Positions 24,784-34,914 of a DNA stretch of 60,734 nucleotides are shown in pieces (positions within the stretch are counted from its first letter, which is position 1; each line of letters begins with the position of its first letter). Origin of the DNA: a virus (Duplodnaviria > Caudoviricetes); the IMG/VR virus record IMGVR_UViG_3300047558_000101, positions 1-60,734 of that record. One strand, written 5' to 3'. The position numbers and the translations under genes are program-made. A model generated the notes under the pieces. It did no database searches. It saw nothing but the letters and a program-made list of their open reading frames with translations, and had not been told where the DNA came from.

Positions 24784-27750
24784 TTGGACACGAAAAACTT
24801 TCTTACTCGCATATTTCCCCAGATCGACGAACTGGTAATCTGCACGCACAAACCAGACCCATCAGGGCAAAACCCTCGTGGCATATTTTGGAATCGTGGC
24901 TCATTCGCCAACATCGACGATGCTGTCAATGCAATCTCAAAGTGGGACACAGAACCCACAACAACCGTTTACTTTGGCGTGGGCTCATTCGCAGGCCACG
25001 CATACACCGATGATCGTGGTCGCAACAAGTGGACACGCAAACAAGAACAAGCAACGTGGTTCAAAGCCCTCGCGCTAGACCTCGACATTGGTGAAGATAA
25101 GCCGTACGCAACACAGAAAGAAGGCTGGACTGCAATGGCTGCTGCGCTTCAAGCGATTGGTATGCCGGGGCCCATGGTCATCTCATCAGGCAAAGGCATT
25201 CACTGCTATTGGCCGCTGACCGTTGCAATCAAAAACGCTGACTGGGTGAAGCTATCAACAGCTTTGCGACTCGCACTCGAAGAGCACGGCGTGCAGATCG
25301 ACACAAGTAAGATTCACGACCCATCAATGGTGTTGCGCCCAGTGGGCACACACCACAAAAAACAAACGCCGTGGAAACCAGTCGAGTGCAAGCGTGACTG
25401 CCCAGACTACGACCCACGCACACTGGTGCCAGTGTTGTCGCAGTGGATTGGCAAAGCAGCACAAGTGTCACGCCCAACGACGGCGCGCGCTGCAAAGAAG
25501 TCATCTATTCTTGATGCAGTGTTGAACTCCAACGATGTAATCATCGAAGCCGTGGCGCAACGATGCAATCAAGTCAAAGCGTTGGTAGCTTCTGGTGGTG
25601 TGCTTGATGCTGCTGGCCGCAATGTTGAAGAGCCGTTATGGCGTGCATCTCTTGGCTTGGTAAAGCATGCGACCGATGTGCCAGCGGCAGTGATTTTGAT
25701 TGCTGGTGCACACCCAGACTTCGATCTCGACAGCAACATGGAAAAGATCAACGGCTGGCACGGGACAGGGCCAACGACATGCGCTAAGTTCGAGCAGCTG
25801 TGCTCATCGGGTTGCGAAGGTTGCCCACACAAAGGAAAGATAACAAGCCCTGCCCAGTTGTCCGTGGTTACAGAGAGCAAGGTCGAAACACCAGAGGGCG
25901 AGACCGTGTCGTTCACACTGCCCAAGGGTTATGTGGTGAACAACAGCCAAGTGTTCCGCGAAGTGAAGACCGAGATTACAACGACCGACGCCAATGGCAA
26001 CGATGTCGCACAAGAGGTAGTTGAACTGGATTTGGTGAGCCCATACGAGATGCACATCACCGGTGTGTACAACGACCCATCGAGTAAAAAGTCAGCGTTC
26101 AAGTTGCTGATCAAATACCCGATGACGGGCTGGAAAGAAGAAGAGCATGAGATGGTCGTATTGGCCACAGTGGGGAAAGAATTTTCGACGTTCCTGTTGA
26201 ATAGACAGGTGTTTATGAAACACATCGGACAGTACGAAAAGGTGAGGAGCTTTTTAATGGATTACTTAACCATGGTGCAACAACAGACACCAACGGGACT
26301 TGATTACGTGGCGTTCGGCTGGCAGGAAGATGGCTCGTTTATGTGCGGTAGCACAGTGCTTGGCCACGTGCATGGCGTTTCTGATTTGCGTTTGCGTGGC
26401 CCTGCCGCCGAGTTCAAAGACAAGATCGGTACGCACGGCTCGCGTGATGAGTGGGTGCGTGGTATGCAGATGCTTGACCGCCCCGGTACCGACACACTGC
26501 GCTCGGCTGTGCTGCTGGCCACCGCTGGCATCATCGGCCCTTCAGCCGGTAACGCTACATGCGTGGTGTCGATCTATTCCACCGAGACAACCACAGGCAA
26601 GACGCTAGCATTGATTGCAGCCAACAGCCTGATCGGTACTCCAAAAGAATTGTTCCTCAGCAAGACCGACACATCCAATGCGATGTACAAAATCCGTGGC
26701 GTGCTCAACCACCTGCCATGCTGCATCGACGAGCTGACCACGGCTGAAGACAATGATGTGGCGGACATGGCGTACACGCTCAGTCAGGGTCGTGAAAAGA
26801 TTGCCATGACCAAAGAGCGCGAGCTGCGCAAACCAGCCACATGGGCAGGGCCAACGCTCGTCACCACCAACATCTCAATCCACCAGAAATTCGAGGGTGC
26901 ACAGGCTGGCAATGACCCGCTCAAAGCCCGTTGCTTGGAGTTGCCACAACATGACCGTACTTTCGTTGAAACCCGCGCTGATGGTAAGAGTGATGGTTAC
27001 GAGTTCTTCGACATTATGGCCAAAAACAACGGATGGGCATTCCCAGAACTGGTCGAGGTTGTGCTGGCAAAAGGTGGGCCGGATGCAGTATGGCAGTGGG
27101 CAGAGACCTCTTTCAACAAAACCTTTAACTTTCTCTTCGAGCCCCAAGAGCGCTTCTACCGCACAGCCATCATCTCTGCTTGGGGAATGGGCCGTATCGG
27201 GCATGCACTGGGTCTCTTCCCCTTCAACATCCAAGACACCATTCAGTACCTGATTGAGCGCGTCAAGGCCACACGCCAACTCGCCGAAGACAACAAGACG
27301 GACGTGTTCGACACCATCGGCCAGTTCTTGGCCGAGCACAACGACCAGCTGGTTGAGTGCAAAGAAACCTATGGCTCAGGCGTCGAGCAAGTTGTGCTGC
27401 CAGCACCAGAACGTGCAGTGGCACGGGTCAAAATCGTTTACGACAAGACTAACCCCATCATGCCGGGTAGCGTGGTATCCATCGGTGCTGAAAAATTGCG
27501 CATGTGGTTGCGTCAGAAGCGTGACGGACTTGACCGCATCGAGCGGGAACTGGACAACGAGGGTGCGTTGATAAAGCGCCGTGAGCGCATCACGCTGTTT
27601 AAGGGTTGCCCCAAGCATGCGCCGGGTCAGATGCAGTGCATTGTGCTGAACCTGAACCACCCACGATTCGTTGAGAGCTTGACTGGCACAAACTCACGCC
27701 CACAAAGTAAAATCACCCTAGCAGTATTGCAAGGTGACAACGCCGCTTGA
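24784..27750 (+). CDS. Primase-helicase (AEP/RepB-like primase plus DUF927-type helicase)
   Basis: LDLD, SSGKGIHCYW, VLRPVGT, a Cys cluster, FGWQ, Walker A TTTGKT and CIDE. TTG start. Confidence 0.88.
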   Translation: MDTKNFLTRIFPQIDELVICTHKPDPSGQNPRGIFWNRGSFANIDDAVNAISKWDTEPTTTVYFGVGSFAGHAYTDDRGRNKWTRKQEQATWFKALALDLDIGEDKPYATQKEGWTAMAAALQAIGMPGPMVISSGKGIHCYWPLTVAIKNADWVKLSTALRLALEEHGVQIDTSKIHDPSMVLRPVGTHHKKQTPWKPVECKRDCPDYDPRTLVPVLSQWIGKAAQVSRPTTARAAKKSSILDAVLNSNDVIIEAVAQRCNQVKALVASGGVLDAAGRNVEEPLWRASLGLVKHATDVPAAVILIAGAHPDFDLDSNMEKINGWHGTGPTTCAKFEQLCSSGCEGCPHKGKITSPAQLSVVTESKVETPEGETVSFTLPKGYVVNNSQVFREVKTEITTTDANGNDVAQEVVELDLVSPYEMHITGVYNDPSSKKSAFKLLIKYPMTGWKEEEHEMVVLATVGKEFSTFLLNRQVFMKHIGQYEKVRSFLMDYLTMVQQQTPTGLDYVAFGWQEDGSFMCGSTVLGHVHGVSDLRLRGPAAEFKDKIGTHGSRDEWVRGMQMLDRPGTDTLRSAVLLATAGIIGPSAGNATCVVSIYSTETTTGKTLALIAANSLIGTPKELFLSKTDTSNAMYKIRGVLNHLPCCIDELTTAEDNDVADMAYTLSQGREKIAMTKERELRKPATWAGPTLVTTNISIHQKFEGAQAGNDPLKARCLELPQHDRTFVETRADGKSDGYEFFDIMAKNNGWAFPELVEVVLAKGGPDAVWQWAETSFNKTFNFLFEPQERFYRTAIISAWGMGRIGHALGLFPFNIQDTIQYLIERVKATRQLAEDNKTDVFDTIGQFLAEHNDQLVECKETYGSGVEQVVLPAPERAVARVKIVYDKTNPIMPGSVVSIGAEKLRMWLRQKRDGLDRIERELDNEGALIKRRERITLFKGCPKHAPGQMQCIVLNLNHPRFVESLTGTNSRPQSKITLAVLQGDNAA

Positions 27751-27760
27751 AAGGACAGAC

Positions 27761-28012
27761 ATGCCACGCAACTACAAACAAGAGTACGCCAACTACCAAG
27801 GGCGACCTGAGCAAATTGCCAACCGCGCAAAGCGCAACGCGGCTCGTGCCGAGATGGAGAAAAAGGGTGTGGTGTCGAAAGGTGACGGCAAGGACGTTGA
27901 CCACAAGACGCCCATCGTCAAAGGCGGCGGCAACGGAAAAGGCAATCTGCGTGCAGTGCCTAAATCCGCCAACCGCTCATTTGCCCGTACCCGCACAGCG
28001 GGTATGAAGTGA
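27761..28012 (+). CDS. Small HNH-fold protein
   Basis: KDVDHKTP..KGG...NLR......NRS. Confidence 0.8.
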   Translation: MPRNYKQEYANYQGRPEQIANRAKRNAARAEMEKKGVVSKGDGKDVDHKTPIVKGGGNGKGNLRAVPKSANRSFARTRTAGMK

Positions 28013-28168
28013 TTACTTCTTAGCCTTGGGCTTTACGCCCTTGGCTTTCTGGTCTTCACGAACGAACTTCGTGGCGACTTTCTTGGACACGCCCACCTTC
28101 TTTGCGAAGGCGGGGTCGTGCATTGCAGCACGCATCAAGTTTGCTTGTTTGGCTGACTTGAACGGCAT
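28013..28168 (-). CDS. 51-aa basic protein MPFKSAKQANLMRAAMHDPAFAKKVGV...
   Basis: ORF below the track cutoff that abuts its neighbours. Confidence 0.65.
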   Translation of the reverse strand: MPFKSAKQANLMRAAMHDPAFAKKVGVSKKVATKFVREDQKAKGVKPKAKK

Positions 28169-28170
28169 GA

Positions 28171-28356
28171 TTACTTCTTCTTACCCTTGTGCATACCGGG
28201 TTCGTATTTCTTTTCCATGGCGGCATAGGCTTTCTTGCTACCGGTCATTTTCTTTTCCATGGCTTCCATTTTCTTGGACTCACCCATGCCGAATGGGTTC
28301 ATCTTCTTGGCCTTGTTGGTGGCGGTGCGCTGACCGCGCATTGGCATAGCTTTCAT
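28171..28356 (-). CDS. Lys/Met-rich small protein
   Basis: AAGGAG RBS, 61 aa. Confidence 0.7.
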   Translation of the reverse strand: MKAMPMRGQRTATNKAKKMNPFGMGESKKMEAMEKKMTGSKKAYAAMEKKYEPGMHKGKKK

Positions 28357-28381
28357 TGTCTGCTCCTTGCAGTGGTTGGGG

Positions 28382-28612
28382 TTAACGGTAGTTTGCGGTT
28401 TTCGCAGCAATCTTTTTGGGTTGCGCTACGAACTGTTTGCCACGGGCGTTGCCCTTGGCTTTGGCCTTGTTGGTCGCCGCTTTCTCAGCGGGACTCAATG
28501 ACTTCCATGCTGCATCGGGCAGGTAGCGCTTTTTGCCCTTCGATGGGCTGCCGTCGCTTGTGCGCCACTTCTGCGCTGTCCAGTCTTTTAGAGATTGCTG
28601 TGGGTTTTTCAC
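28382..28612 (-). CDS. DUF5872-like C-terminal half
   Basis: SLKDWTAQKWRT...RYLP..AW..LS...KQFV. GTG start overlaps the upstream TGA. Confidence 0.7.
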   Translation of the reverse strand: MKNPQQSLKDWTAQKWRTSDGSPSKGKKRYLPDAAWKSLSPAEKAATNKAKAKGNARGKQFVAQPKKIAAKTANYR

Positions 28613-28800
28613 GACTTGTAACCCCCGCCTGCGGCCTTGTATTTCTTGGCCAGCAGCTGCGCTTTTCGGGCTGACCACTCGCCGGGGTCGCCACCCTTGG
28701 TGCCAGCTTTGATCGACTTGAACAGCGACTCACGCATACCGGGCTTGGTGTAGACGCCTGCGGCGTTCACTTTGGATTTGGTTTTAGGTTTGGTAGCCAT
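28609..28800 (-). CDS. DUF5872-like N-terminal half
   Basis: YTKP..R......IKAG.KGG.PGEWSARKAQLLA..Y...GGGY. Confidence 0.7.
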   Translation of the reverse strand: MATKPKTKSKVNAAGVYTKPGMRESLFKSIKAGTKGGDPGEWSARKAQLLAKKYKAAGGGYKS

Positions 28801-28801
28801 G

Positions 28802-29056
28802 TCAGCAGTTCCATGCACGCAACGATTTGTTGATGCGGCTGTTGGGGTCTTTGGCTGTTTTGGCGCTGGTCAGCTTTTTCTTCATGCCTTCCATGCGTGC
28901 ACAGAACGAGTCGCGGCGTGGGCCACCCTCTGGCTGTGGTGCCTTCAAACCGGGTTTGCCGGGATTGGCTTTGTTGTACGAGGCACGCCCCTTGGCGTTG
29001 AGTCCGCCGTTGGGGTTCTTGCCTTCTTTACGCTGCCATGCTGGTGTCTTAGCCAT
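28802..29056 (-). CDS. Small basic protein (DUF6321-like)
   Basis: GGLNAKGRASY...RRDSFCARM...SLRAWNC. Confidence 0.75.
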   Translation of the reverse strand: MAKTPAWQRKEGKNPNGGLNAKGRASYNKANPGKPGLKAPQPEGGPRRDSFCARMEGMKKKLTSAKTAKDPNSRINKSLRAWNC

Positions 29057-29058
29057 GT

Positions 29059-32000
29059 TTACTCCTCAGCGCCACCACGGGCTTTTTCGATCTCTTTTTC
29101 CATGCGAGTTTGCAAGTCGTCGAGTTTCTCGTCGAGTGCATCGTAGTCAGGGTAGGCTTTGCGGTACTCATCACGCTTGGCTTGCGTCATAGCAGTTTTA
29201 AAGTCACGTTCGATACGCTTCACGACGATCTCGTTGATTGCCGCCTGTTCGTTGACATTGTAATCATAGAACTTGAAACCGAACGCACGGGCAATCGGCA
29301 GGCTTGATGGCTCATTACCGGTGATGCCGGTCTTGCCTTCAATAATGTCGTCCACCTTGCCGATGTTGCGGGTGCTGATCACTGGCAAAGTCATGATGTC
29401 GTAAGCAAACTTGGTGCTCGTCCACAACTTCTGCCACTCGGTGTCGGTAGGCTTGTGCAAAGCCTTACCGGTGTAGGGATCGACGCCGCCAACTAGCCCA
29501 AGAAGTGCGCTCACAAACGGGCCGCTAGGGGTCAACGATGCTGGAATCCATGACTGACCCATCACGCCGTTTGGCAACCCGCGTGTGAACGATGCCAGTG
29601 GGAAGTAGTCGCCGAGTTTGTAGTACACGGGGTTCTCTTCGTCGCCCATGAACGGGATGCGGATGTGCAGGTATGGGCCAATAGAGCCGAACATGCGCTC
29701 ACGGATGGACTCAGGCCCTTCTTTGCGTGTCTCTTCGTCGTCACCACCGGCTGCGCCAGCCATGGCGGCTTCGAGAATCATGTAGGCACCGAGCACGTTG
29801 ACCAGTTTCCATGGTTCGTACACAGCGATGCGGCCAATGACCGGTGCCATGGCGTAGAACCAAGAGACGAACGGCAACGCGGTTTGGCGTGCGATCTTCA
29901 CAGCCTTAGAGTCGATGTCGTAATCACCGAATGCCTTGCGGGCAAACAAGCCAGCTTCTTGCAGCATTTCTGCGGATGGAGTTTTGGCACCAGCACGCTG
30001 TTGCAAGGCACCAGCGGTCTTCAAGAACGCAGCCATGCGGAAGATGTTATCTTCAGCGGCGTACATCTGGGTTGAGACTTCGTCGATGTATTCGACGCCC
30101 TTGCCGACCTTCTTGGCTTGGGCTTGCAGCCATTCAGCTTTGGATTTCTCAACACCGAGCCAGCCGCCGACACGACGCATCAAGGACACATCTTCACCAC
30201 CACGCAAGTTTTGCTCGTGGGCTTTGTAGATCGCCTCTTTCACTTCAGCGCTTGAATAGTCTGCAAGCATAGCGCCAGAGTCACGGAACGCCATCACAAG
30301 GTCGAGTTCTTCTTTGGTCAACGCCTTTGCATTGACTTCGTACTTGGCCAGCATCTTGGCAGCGTCACGCATGGTACCGAACGAGATGTCGTGCATCATC
30401 GCCATGGTCACGTTGGACGCAGTGTTGGTCACATGGGTGCCGAAGTTCCACACGGTCTTGGACTTCTTAAACCAGCGCATGGTGTTGTTCACGGCACGCA
30501 GGTTGACCAGAGGTTGACGATCGGACATATCGCCCATGGCGTTCCACACAGGGCCGGGGATGTATTTGCCAGACAACTCGCCGTACACACCGGACTCAGG
30601 CAACTTTACCCAAGTGCCAGATTGGCGGTACAGGGCTTTGGTCTGTGGCGAACGAGAGATTTCCCGCGACACTGGCAGCACCATGTCCTCACGGATGACC
30701 ACGCGTTGATCGGCAGGTACGCCCTCGTTCATGAACTTGTTTACAGCTTCAAGCGAGTCAAATGCCACTTGTGCATGCGCACTATTTCCACGGCCCATGT
30801 CGTAGATCGACTTGATGAAGTTTTTGCTGGCGTAGTTGTTCGCCAGTGCTGCAACAGTGTTGCGCAAGGCGTTTGCCACATCGTCAGCTTTCTCGTTGTC
30901 GATCTTTTCTTTGGCTGTCGTGTTGGTTGTGAATGTGTGCTTACCCTTGACCACACCACCGTATGTCCAGCGGCGCGAGGTGTCAACAGTGAAGCCCATG
31001 GGGTTCTTGCCACCGAGTTCGGCGAAGCGTGATGCAGACATGAAGCCAGCAGAGATCATCTCACCGTTGTTCTTGATGCGGTTAGGCTCGAACACGCGGT
31101 ACATGTCACCGGTCAGAATCAGGTCACCGTTCTCGTCTTTGCGGAACCAATCTTGGTCGAGCTCAGCTTCGCGCTCAGTCTTGATGCCGAGCACTTCATT
31201 GATCTTGCCAAGGCCGAATGTGCCACCGGCAACTTGCTCGGTGGTTGATGGGAACAGCAGGGTCTCGCTGAACTTGCGGTTGCTGAACCATTGCTGCTCG
31301 ACGGGGGTCAGTTCTGCAACATACAGCTTGAACCAGTCGTTGAGCTTGTCGGCCACGGCCTTTAGCTTCACAGCATCGGGCAAACCGTCCAACGCCTTGG
31401 TGTTGCCGTCGAGGTAAGCAAATAACGCTTTGACATCGGCAGCAGGGCGACGTGCGATCACATTGGCCAAGTCCTCAGCGTATTGATAGCCGATACCTTT
31501 GTTGAGCTTGAACCGATCCATGATTTGGGACACGGTCTCGTTGACGTTGTAGCGCGAGTTGATCCAGCCCAGCACGATCTCTGCGCCGGGGAAGTTCTTG
31601 CTGATGAACGCACGAGTTTTATCGCCAGCAGAGCCAAGCATCTTCTGCGCGTTTTCCTTGCTCCAACCCACTGCCTCAAACAGCCGTTGCGTGGCTTGCA
31701 GTTGAGCGGCGTTGGCCTTGCTCCACTTGCTGTAATCTTGCTCAGGCACTTCTAATGCCGCAGCTATTTTGGCGTCGCTCACTGGCTTTTCAGTTTTGAT
31801 GGCGGCTTCGAGCACTTGGCCTTGACCTGCAACAGCGGTCTGCTTCTGTGCTTTTTCCAACAACTCAAGTGATGACTCGAGCACATCGTTGGCCAGAGAG
31901 CGCTTGCCGCCCAGCAAACGGGTGGCGATATTCTTGATGGCTTCCCATGCCTTGTTGACCGACTCTAAGAACGACTTGGGTACCTTCTTGTCGGACTTCA

Positions 32001-34902
32001 TGGTCTGAAGCGCTTTACGGAACTCAGCTAGGGTATTCCCGTAGGAGACCAGTTCGAGTACGGCGTCCAACTCGTTGCCTTTTGCAACCAAGTCTTTGAG
32101 CAAGGTCTGCACTTCTAACGCCTTGCCGGTGAGCTGGCCCTTGTAGCCGGTCACAGCCTTGAGCGATTTCTTGAGCTGCACCACGGCAGGGTTATTGGGG
32201 TTGCGGTAGACGAACGATTGCAGCGCGGCGTGGAACGCCTCGTGCAAGATGACCTCTGGCGATTCCTCTTTGTTGAGGTACACCGTGTTGGTCTTGGGGT
32301 CGAATCGGGGTTTACCCTCAGTGATGAACTCGAGCTTGATGTCGCTCTGGCTCTCAACAATCGACTCACGCAACGCCAAAGCCAGTGCACGCTCCATAGG
32401 CGTGCCGTTGGTGCGCATGTATTGCAAGATGGCTGGCAAGCCTTTGAGCGTGCTACCACCCTCGCCCTTGATGCCTTCTGTGGCGACTTGAACGAGCTTT
32501 GGCACCTTGCCTTGGCCCTTGACTTCAACAGAAGTGCGGATGGCACCGGTGCGGATGTCAGCAGTGTCTGGTTCCTTGCCCATGAAGGCTTCACGCTTGG
32601 CGGCTGCCCATGCCTGTGACAGCATTGTGTCGAGTTTCTGTAGCGCCTTGATAGCTTCGCCACGGCTTTTTCCGGGGGCGACTACCTTACCTTGCACCAT
32701 GTCTTTGACGAGGCGCACGACTGCTTCCACATCCTTGGCGTTGCCACCCACGGCGTCACCGAGCTCGGCCAGTGCTTGCTGCACATTGGCAGCTTGCATC
32801 TCGATTGCGGACGCAGCCTCTTCAGCGAACTGAGCACCGGTTTTCTTTTTAGCGATCTTGTTGCGGCGTGACAACGCCTGACCACCTTGGTCGGAATATT
32901 TTTTGTAGGCTTCTGCGAAGTTTTGGAGGGCTGCAACGATGCGTGCAGATTTCTCGTCAGCGACTTCTTTGCCCTTTACCAACGCGTCGCGGATACCTTT
33001 GAGGCCGTCTTGGCCAATCGAGGTGCGACCGGGCACAGCCTTGGCGTTGGACTTGACCGATGCGGGCAACACATTCTTGACATCCACGCTGTCAACATCG
33101 TCCAGCAGTTTTTTCAGTTGCGCATCTTCAGTTGAAGAAGCACCCGCTGCCACCGGAGCAGCGGGTGAAACGGCGCTTGGAGACACGCCGGGGGGAGGTG
33201 ACGCGGGACGTTCTGTGATCTGACTCACAGGTGCTGGTGCTTGTGGCAACAGCGAAGACGAATAGGTTGGCTCTGGCGTCAACAAAGAAGCCGAAGGCGC
33301 TTGTTGCTCTTGCACAGCAAAGGGTGATGAGGTCTGCTTGAGGCGCTTGCCTTTGGGCCCGAGCAACGCTTGGCGCTGTGCCTTGGTTAAGCCGGTACTA
33401 ACAGGCTGTGGCAATTCAGCGGCAAGTTGTTGCCACTCACGACCGATGTCCTCGATGCCGAACTGCTGCTTGAGGCGCTCTGCACGCATCTCTTGCCACT
33501 GCTCACCAGCTTGGGTGGCGGCTGCAAGTCCGCGCTCTTTCTGCGCTTGTTGTTGCTGCCACTCTTGGCCAACATCTTGTGCGGACATCAAACCAGACGC
33601 TTGGCGACCAATCAGGTCTTGATATTGCTGACCAACCTCGGCAACGCGGCGCTCGCCCAAACCCATCAGGTCTTGCTCGAACTGTTGCTGTTGGCCAACA
33701 GATGAGAACGGTGTCTGCAAGTTGATACCGGACATGCCCTGCTCGAACTGGCGTTGCTGGTCGAGTGACGAAAACGCCTGCGGCTGTTGCATGAATGGCA
33801 ACTGCTGGGCTTCGCTGCCCATCAGGTCTACAGTGCGGTTCAATGCGTCTTGTTTGACGCGGTTGTTGAACTCTAACTCGGCAGCTAGTTGCTGATTAAA
33901 CCAAGCACCGACATCAGACTCAGGTACGCCTTGGCGGCGAGCTTCAGCGGTCACTGCCTTGAGTGCTTGCGCACGAATTTCTGGGGGAGCGTCTTCGCTC
34001 AACGCAGCTTGCAAAACGTCAGCCTTGCGAGCGCGTGCGACATGGCCACCCAGCGACAATGGGCCCAGAATCATGGTGAGGCCAGCGCCACCCAAAGCGG
34101 ACTGCTTAGCGATCTCGTATGGGTCTTCGGCTTTAGCGCCATAGGCTTTTTCCACCGCGTAAGTGCCCAAGTCTTGCAACACCTCAGTGCCGGGCTGTAC
34201 GACCATGTTTGTCGCCATGCTCTTTGCAAAGGGTTTGATGACGGCTGTGTCGGTGAGGCCAGCGGCTACGCCAGCTGTTGTTTTCCCGCCGATGCCGAGC
34301 ACCGGTGCCAAGCCTTTGGCAGCACGCAATCCAGTAGCAGTGGCAACACCCTCAAGTGGACCTTGGATGAGGCCGACTCGTCGTGCGGCTGCGGTAGCGT
34401 CTTCTTCGGAGACGCCTTGTTCACGCAGTTTGTCGTAGGTTTCTTGCGCAGACGATGTGCCAAACAATCCAGCAGCGACCACGGGTGCTGCGACCTGACC
34501 ACCGGGCAAGAAGCTGGCGGCGATTGCAGGTGCCATAGGCGCGACGGCGCGGGAACCCAACACACCGGCTTGGCCAACGAGGCCACGGCCACGCATGTCA
34601 GGCACATAATCCACTGCACGGGCTTCGGCAGCTTGCGCCATTTCACGCCCGTACTCGGGTGCTAAGCCTGTGTATTCGAGTGATTGACCCACCATCTTTG
34701 GTAGGTCAACAACAGCACCGCCCACCAGCTGACGACCCATCTCTGAGAGGGTGCCACGGGGCTTGTAGCCGAAGTAGTCGGCGGTTTCTTCAAAGGTTTT
34801 ACCTACGCGCTGGCTGTAGTCTCGCAAAAGTGCATCGTCTGACAAGCCACGTAATTCGGGGGGTACCGCCTCACGAAGTTCTTTTAGCGAGAAAATGGCC
34901 AT
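29059..34902 (-). CDS. Giant internal virion / ejection protein (polyvalent-protein-like)
   Basis: 1947 aa at the end of the structural operon. Hydrophobic Ala/Gly N-terminal third and an internal HEAFH (HExxH). Confidence 0.8.
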   Translation of the reverse strand: MAIFSLKELREAVPPELRGLSDDALLRDYSQRVGKTFEETADYFGYKPRGTLSEMGRQLVGGAVVDLPKMVGQSLEYTGLAPEYGREMAQAAEARAVDYVPDMRGRGLVGQAGVLGSRAVAPMAPAIAASFLPGGQVAAPVVAAGLFGTSSAQETYDKLREQGVSEEDATAAARRVGLIQGPLEGVATATGLRAAKGLAPVLGIGGKTTAGVAAGLTDTAVIKPFAKSMATNMVVQPGTEVLQDLGTYAVEKAYGAKAEDPYEIAKQSALGGAGLTMILGPLSLGGHVARARKADVLQAALSEDAPPEIRAQALKAVTAEARRQGVPESDVGAWFNQQLAAELEFNNRVKQDALNRTVDLMGSEAQQLPFMQQPQAFSSLDQQRQFEQGMSGINLQTPFSSVGQQQQFEQDLMGLGERRVAEVGQQYQDLIGRQASGLMSAQDVGQEWQQQQAQKERGLAAATQAGEQWQEMRAERLKQQFGIEDIGREWQQLAAELPQPVSTGLTKAQRQALLGPKGKRLKQTSSPFAVQEQQAPSASLLTPEPTYSSSLLPQAPAPVSQITERPASPPPGVSPSAVSPAAPVAAGASSTEDAQLKKLLDDVDSVDVKNVLPASVKSNAKAVPGRTSIGQDGLKGIRDALVKGKEVADEKSARIVAALQNFAEAYKKYSDQGGQALSRRNKIAKKKTGAQFAEEAASAIEMQAANVQQALAELGDAVGGNAKDVEAVVRLVKDMVQGKVVAPGKSRGEAIKALQKLDTMLSQAWAAAKREAFMGKEPDTADIRTGAIRTSVEVKGQGKVPKLVQVATEGIKGEGGSTLKGLPAILQYMRTNGTPMERALALALRESIVESQSDIKLEFITEGKPRFDPKTNTVYLNKEESPEVILHEAFHAALQSFVYRNPNNPAVVQLKKSLKAVTGYKGQLTGKALEVQTLLKDLVAKGNELDAVLELVSYGNTLAEFRKALQTMKSDKKVPKSFLESVNKAWEAIKNIATRLLGGKRSLANDVLESSLELLEKAQKQTAVAGQGQVLEAAIKTEKPVSDAKIAAALEVPEQDYSKWSKANAAQLQATQRLFEAVGWSKENAQKMLGSAGDKTRAFISKNFPGAEIVLGWINSRYNVNETVSQIMDRFKLNKGIGYQYAEDLANVIARRPAADVKALFAYLDGNTKALDGLPDAVKLKAVADKLNDWFKLYVAELTPVEQQWFSNRKFSETLLFPSTTEQVAGGTFGLGKINEVLGIKTEREAELDQDWFRKDENGDLILTGDMYRVFEPNRIKNNGEMISAGFMSASRFAELGGKNPMGFTVDTSRRWTYGGVVKGKHTFTTNTTAKEKIDNEKADDVANALRNTVAALANNYASKNFIKSIYDMGRGNSAHAQVAFDSLEAVNKFMNEGVPADQRVVIREDMVLPVSREISRSPQTKALYRQSGTWVKLPESGVYGELSGKYIPGPVWNAMGDMSDRQPLVNLRAVNNTMRWFKKSKTVWNFGTHVTNTASNVTMAMMHDISFGTMRDAAKMLAKYEVNAKALTKEELDLVMAFRDSGAMLADYSSAEVKEAIYKAHEQNLRGGEDVSLMRRVGGWLGVEKSKAEWLQAQAKKVGKGVEYIDEVSTQMYAAEDNIFRMAAFLKTAGALQQRAGAKTPSAEMLQEAGLFARKAFGDYDIDSKAVKIARQTALPFVSWFYAMAPVIGRIAVYEPWKLVNVLGAYMILEAAMAGAAGGDDEETRKEGPESIRERMFGSIGPYLHIRIPFMGDEENPVYYKLGDYFPLASFTRGLPNGVMGQSWIPASLTPSGPFVSALLGLVGGVDPYTGKALHKPTDTEWQKLWTSTKFAYDIMTLPVISTRNIGKVDDIIEGKTGITGNEPSSLPIARAFGFKFYDYNVNEQAAINEIVVKRIERDFKTAMTQAKRDEYRKAYPDYDALDEKLDDLQTRMEKEIEKARGGAEE

Positions 34903-34914
34903 TTCTACTCCGTG

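Noticed and set aside
30990-31008. KNPMGF in the giant virion protein as another palindrome copy
   Set aside because: Only about 11 of 16 bases match, the arms are imperfect and it lies far outside the marked arm, so it is compatible with chance.
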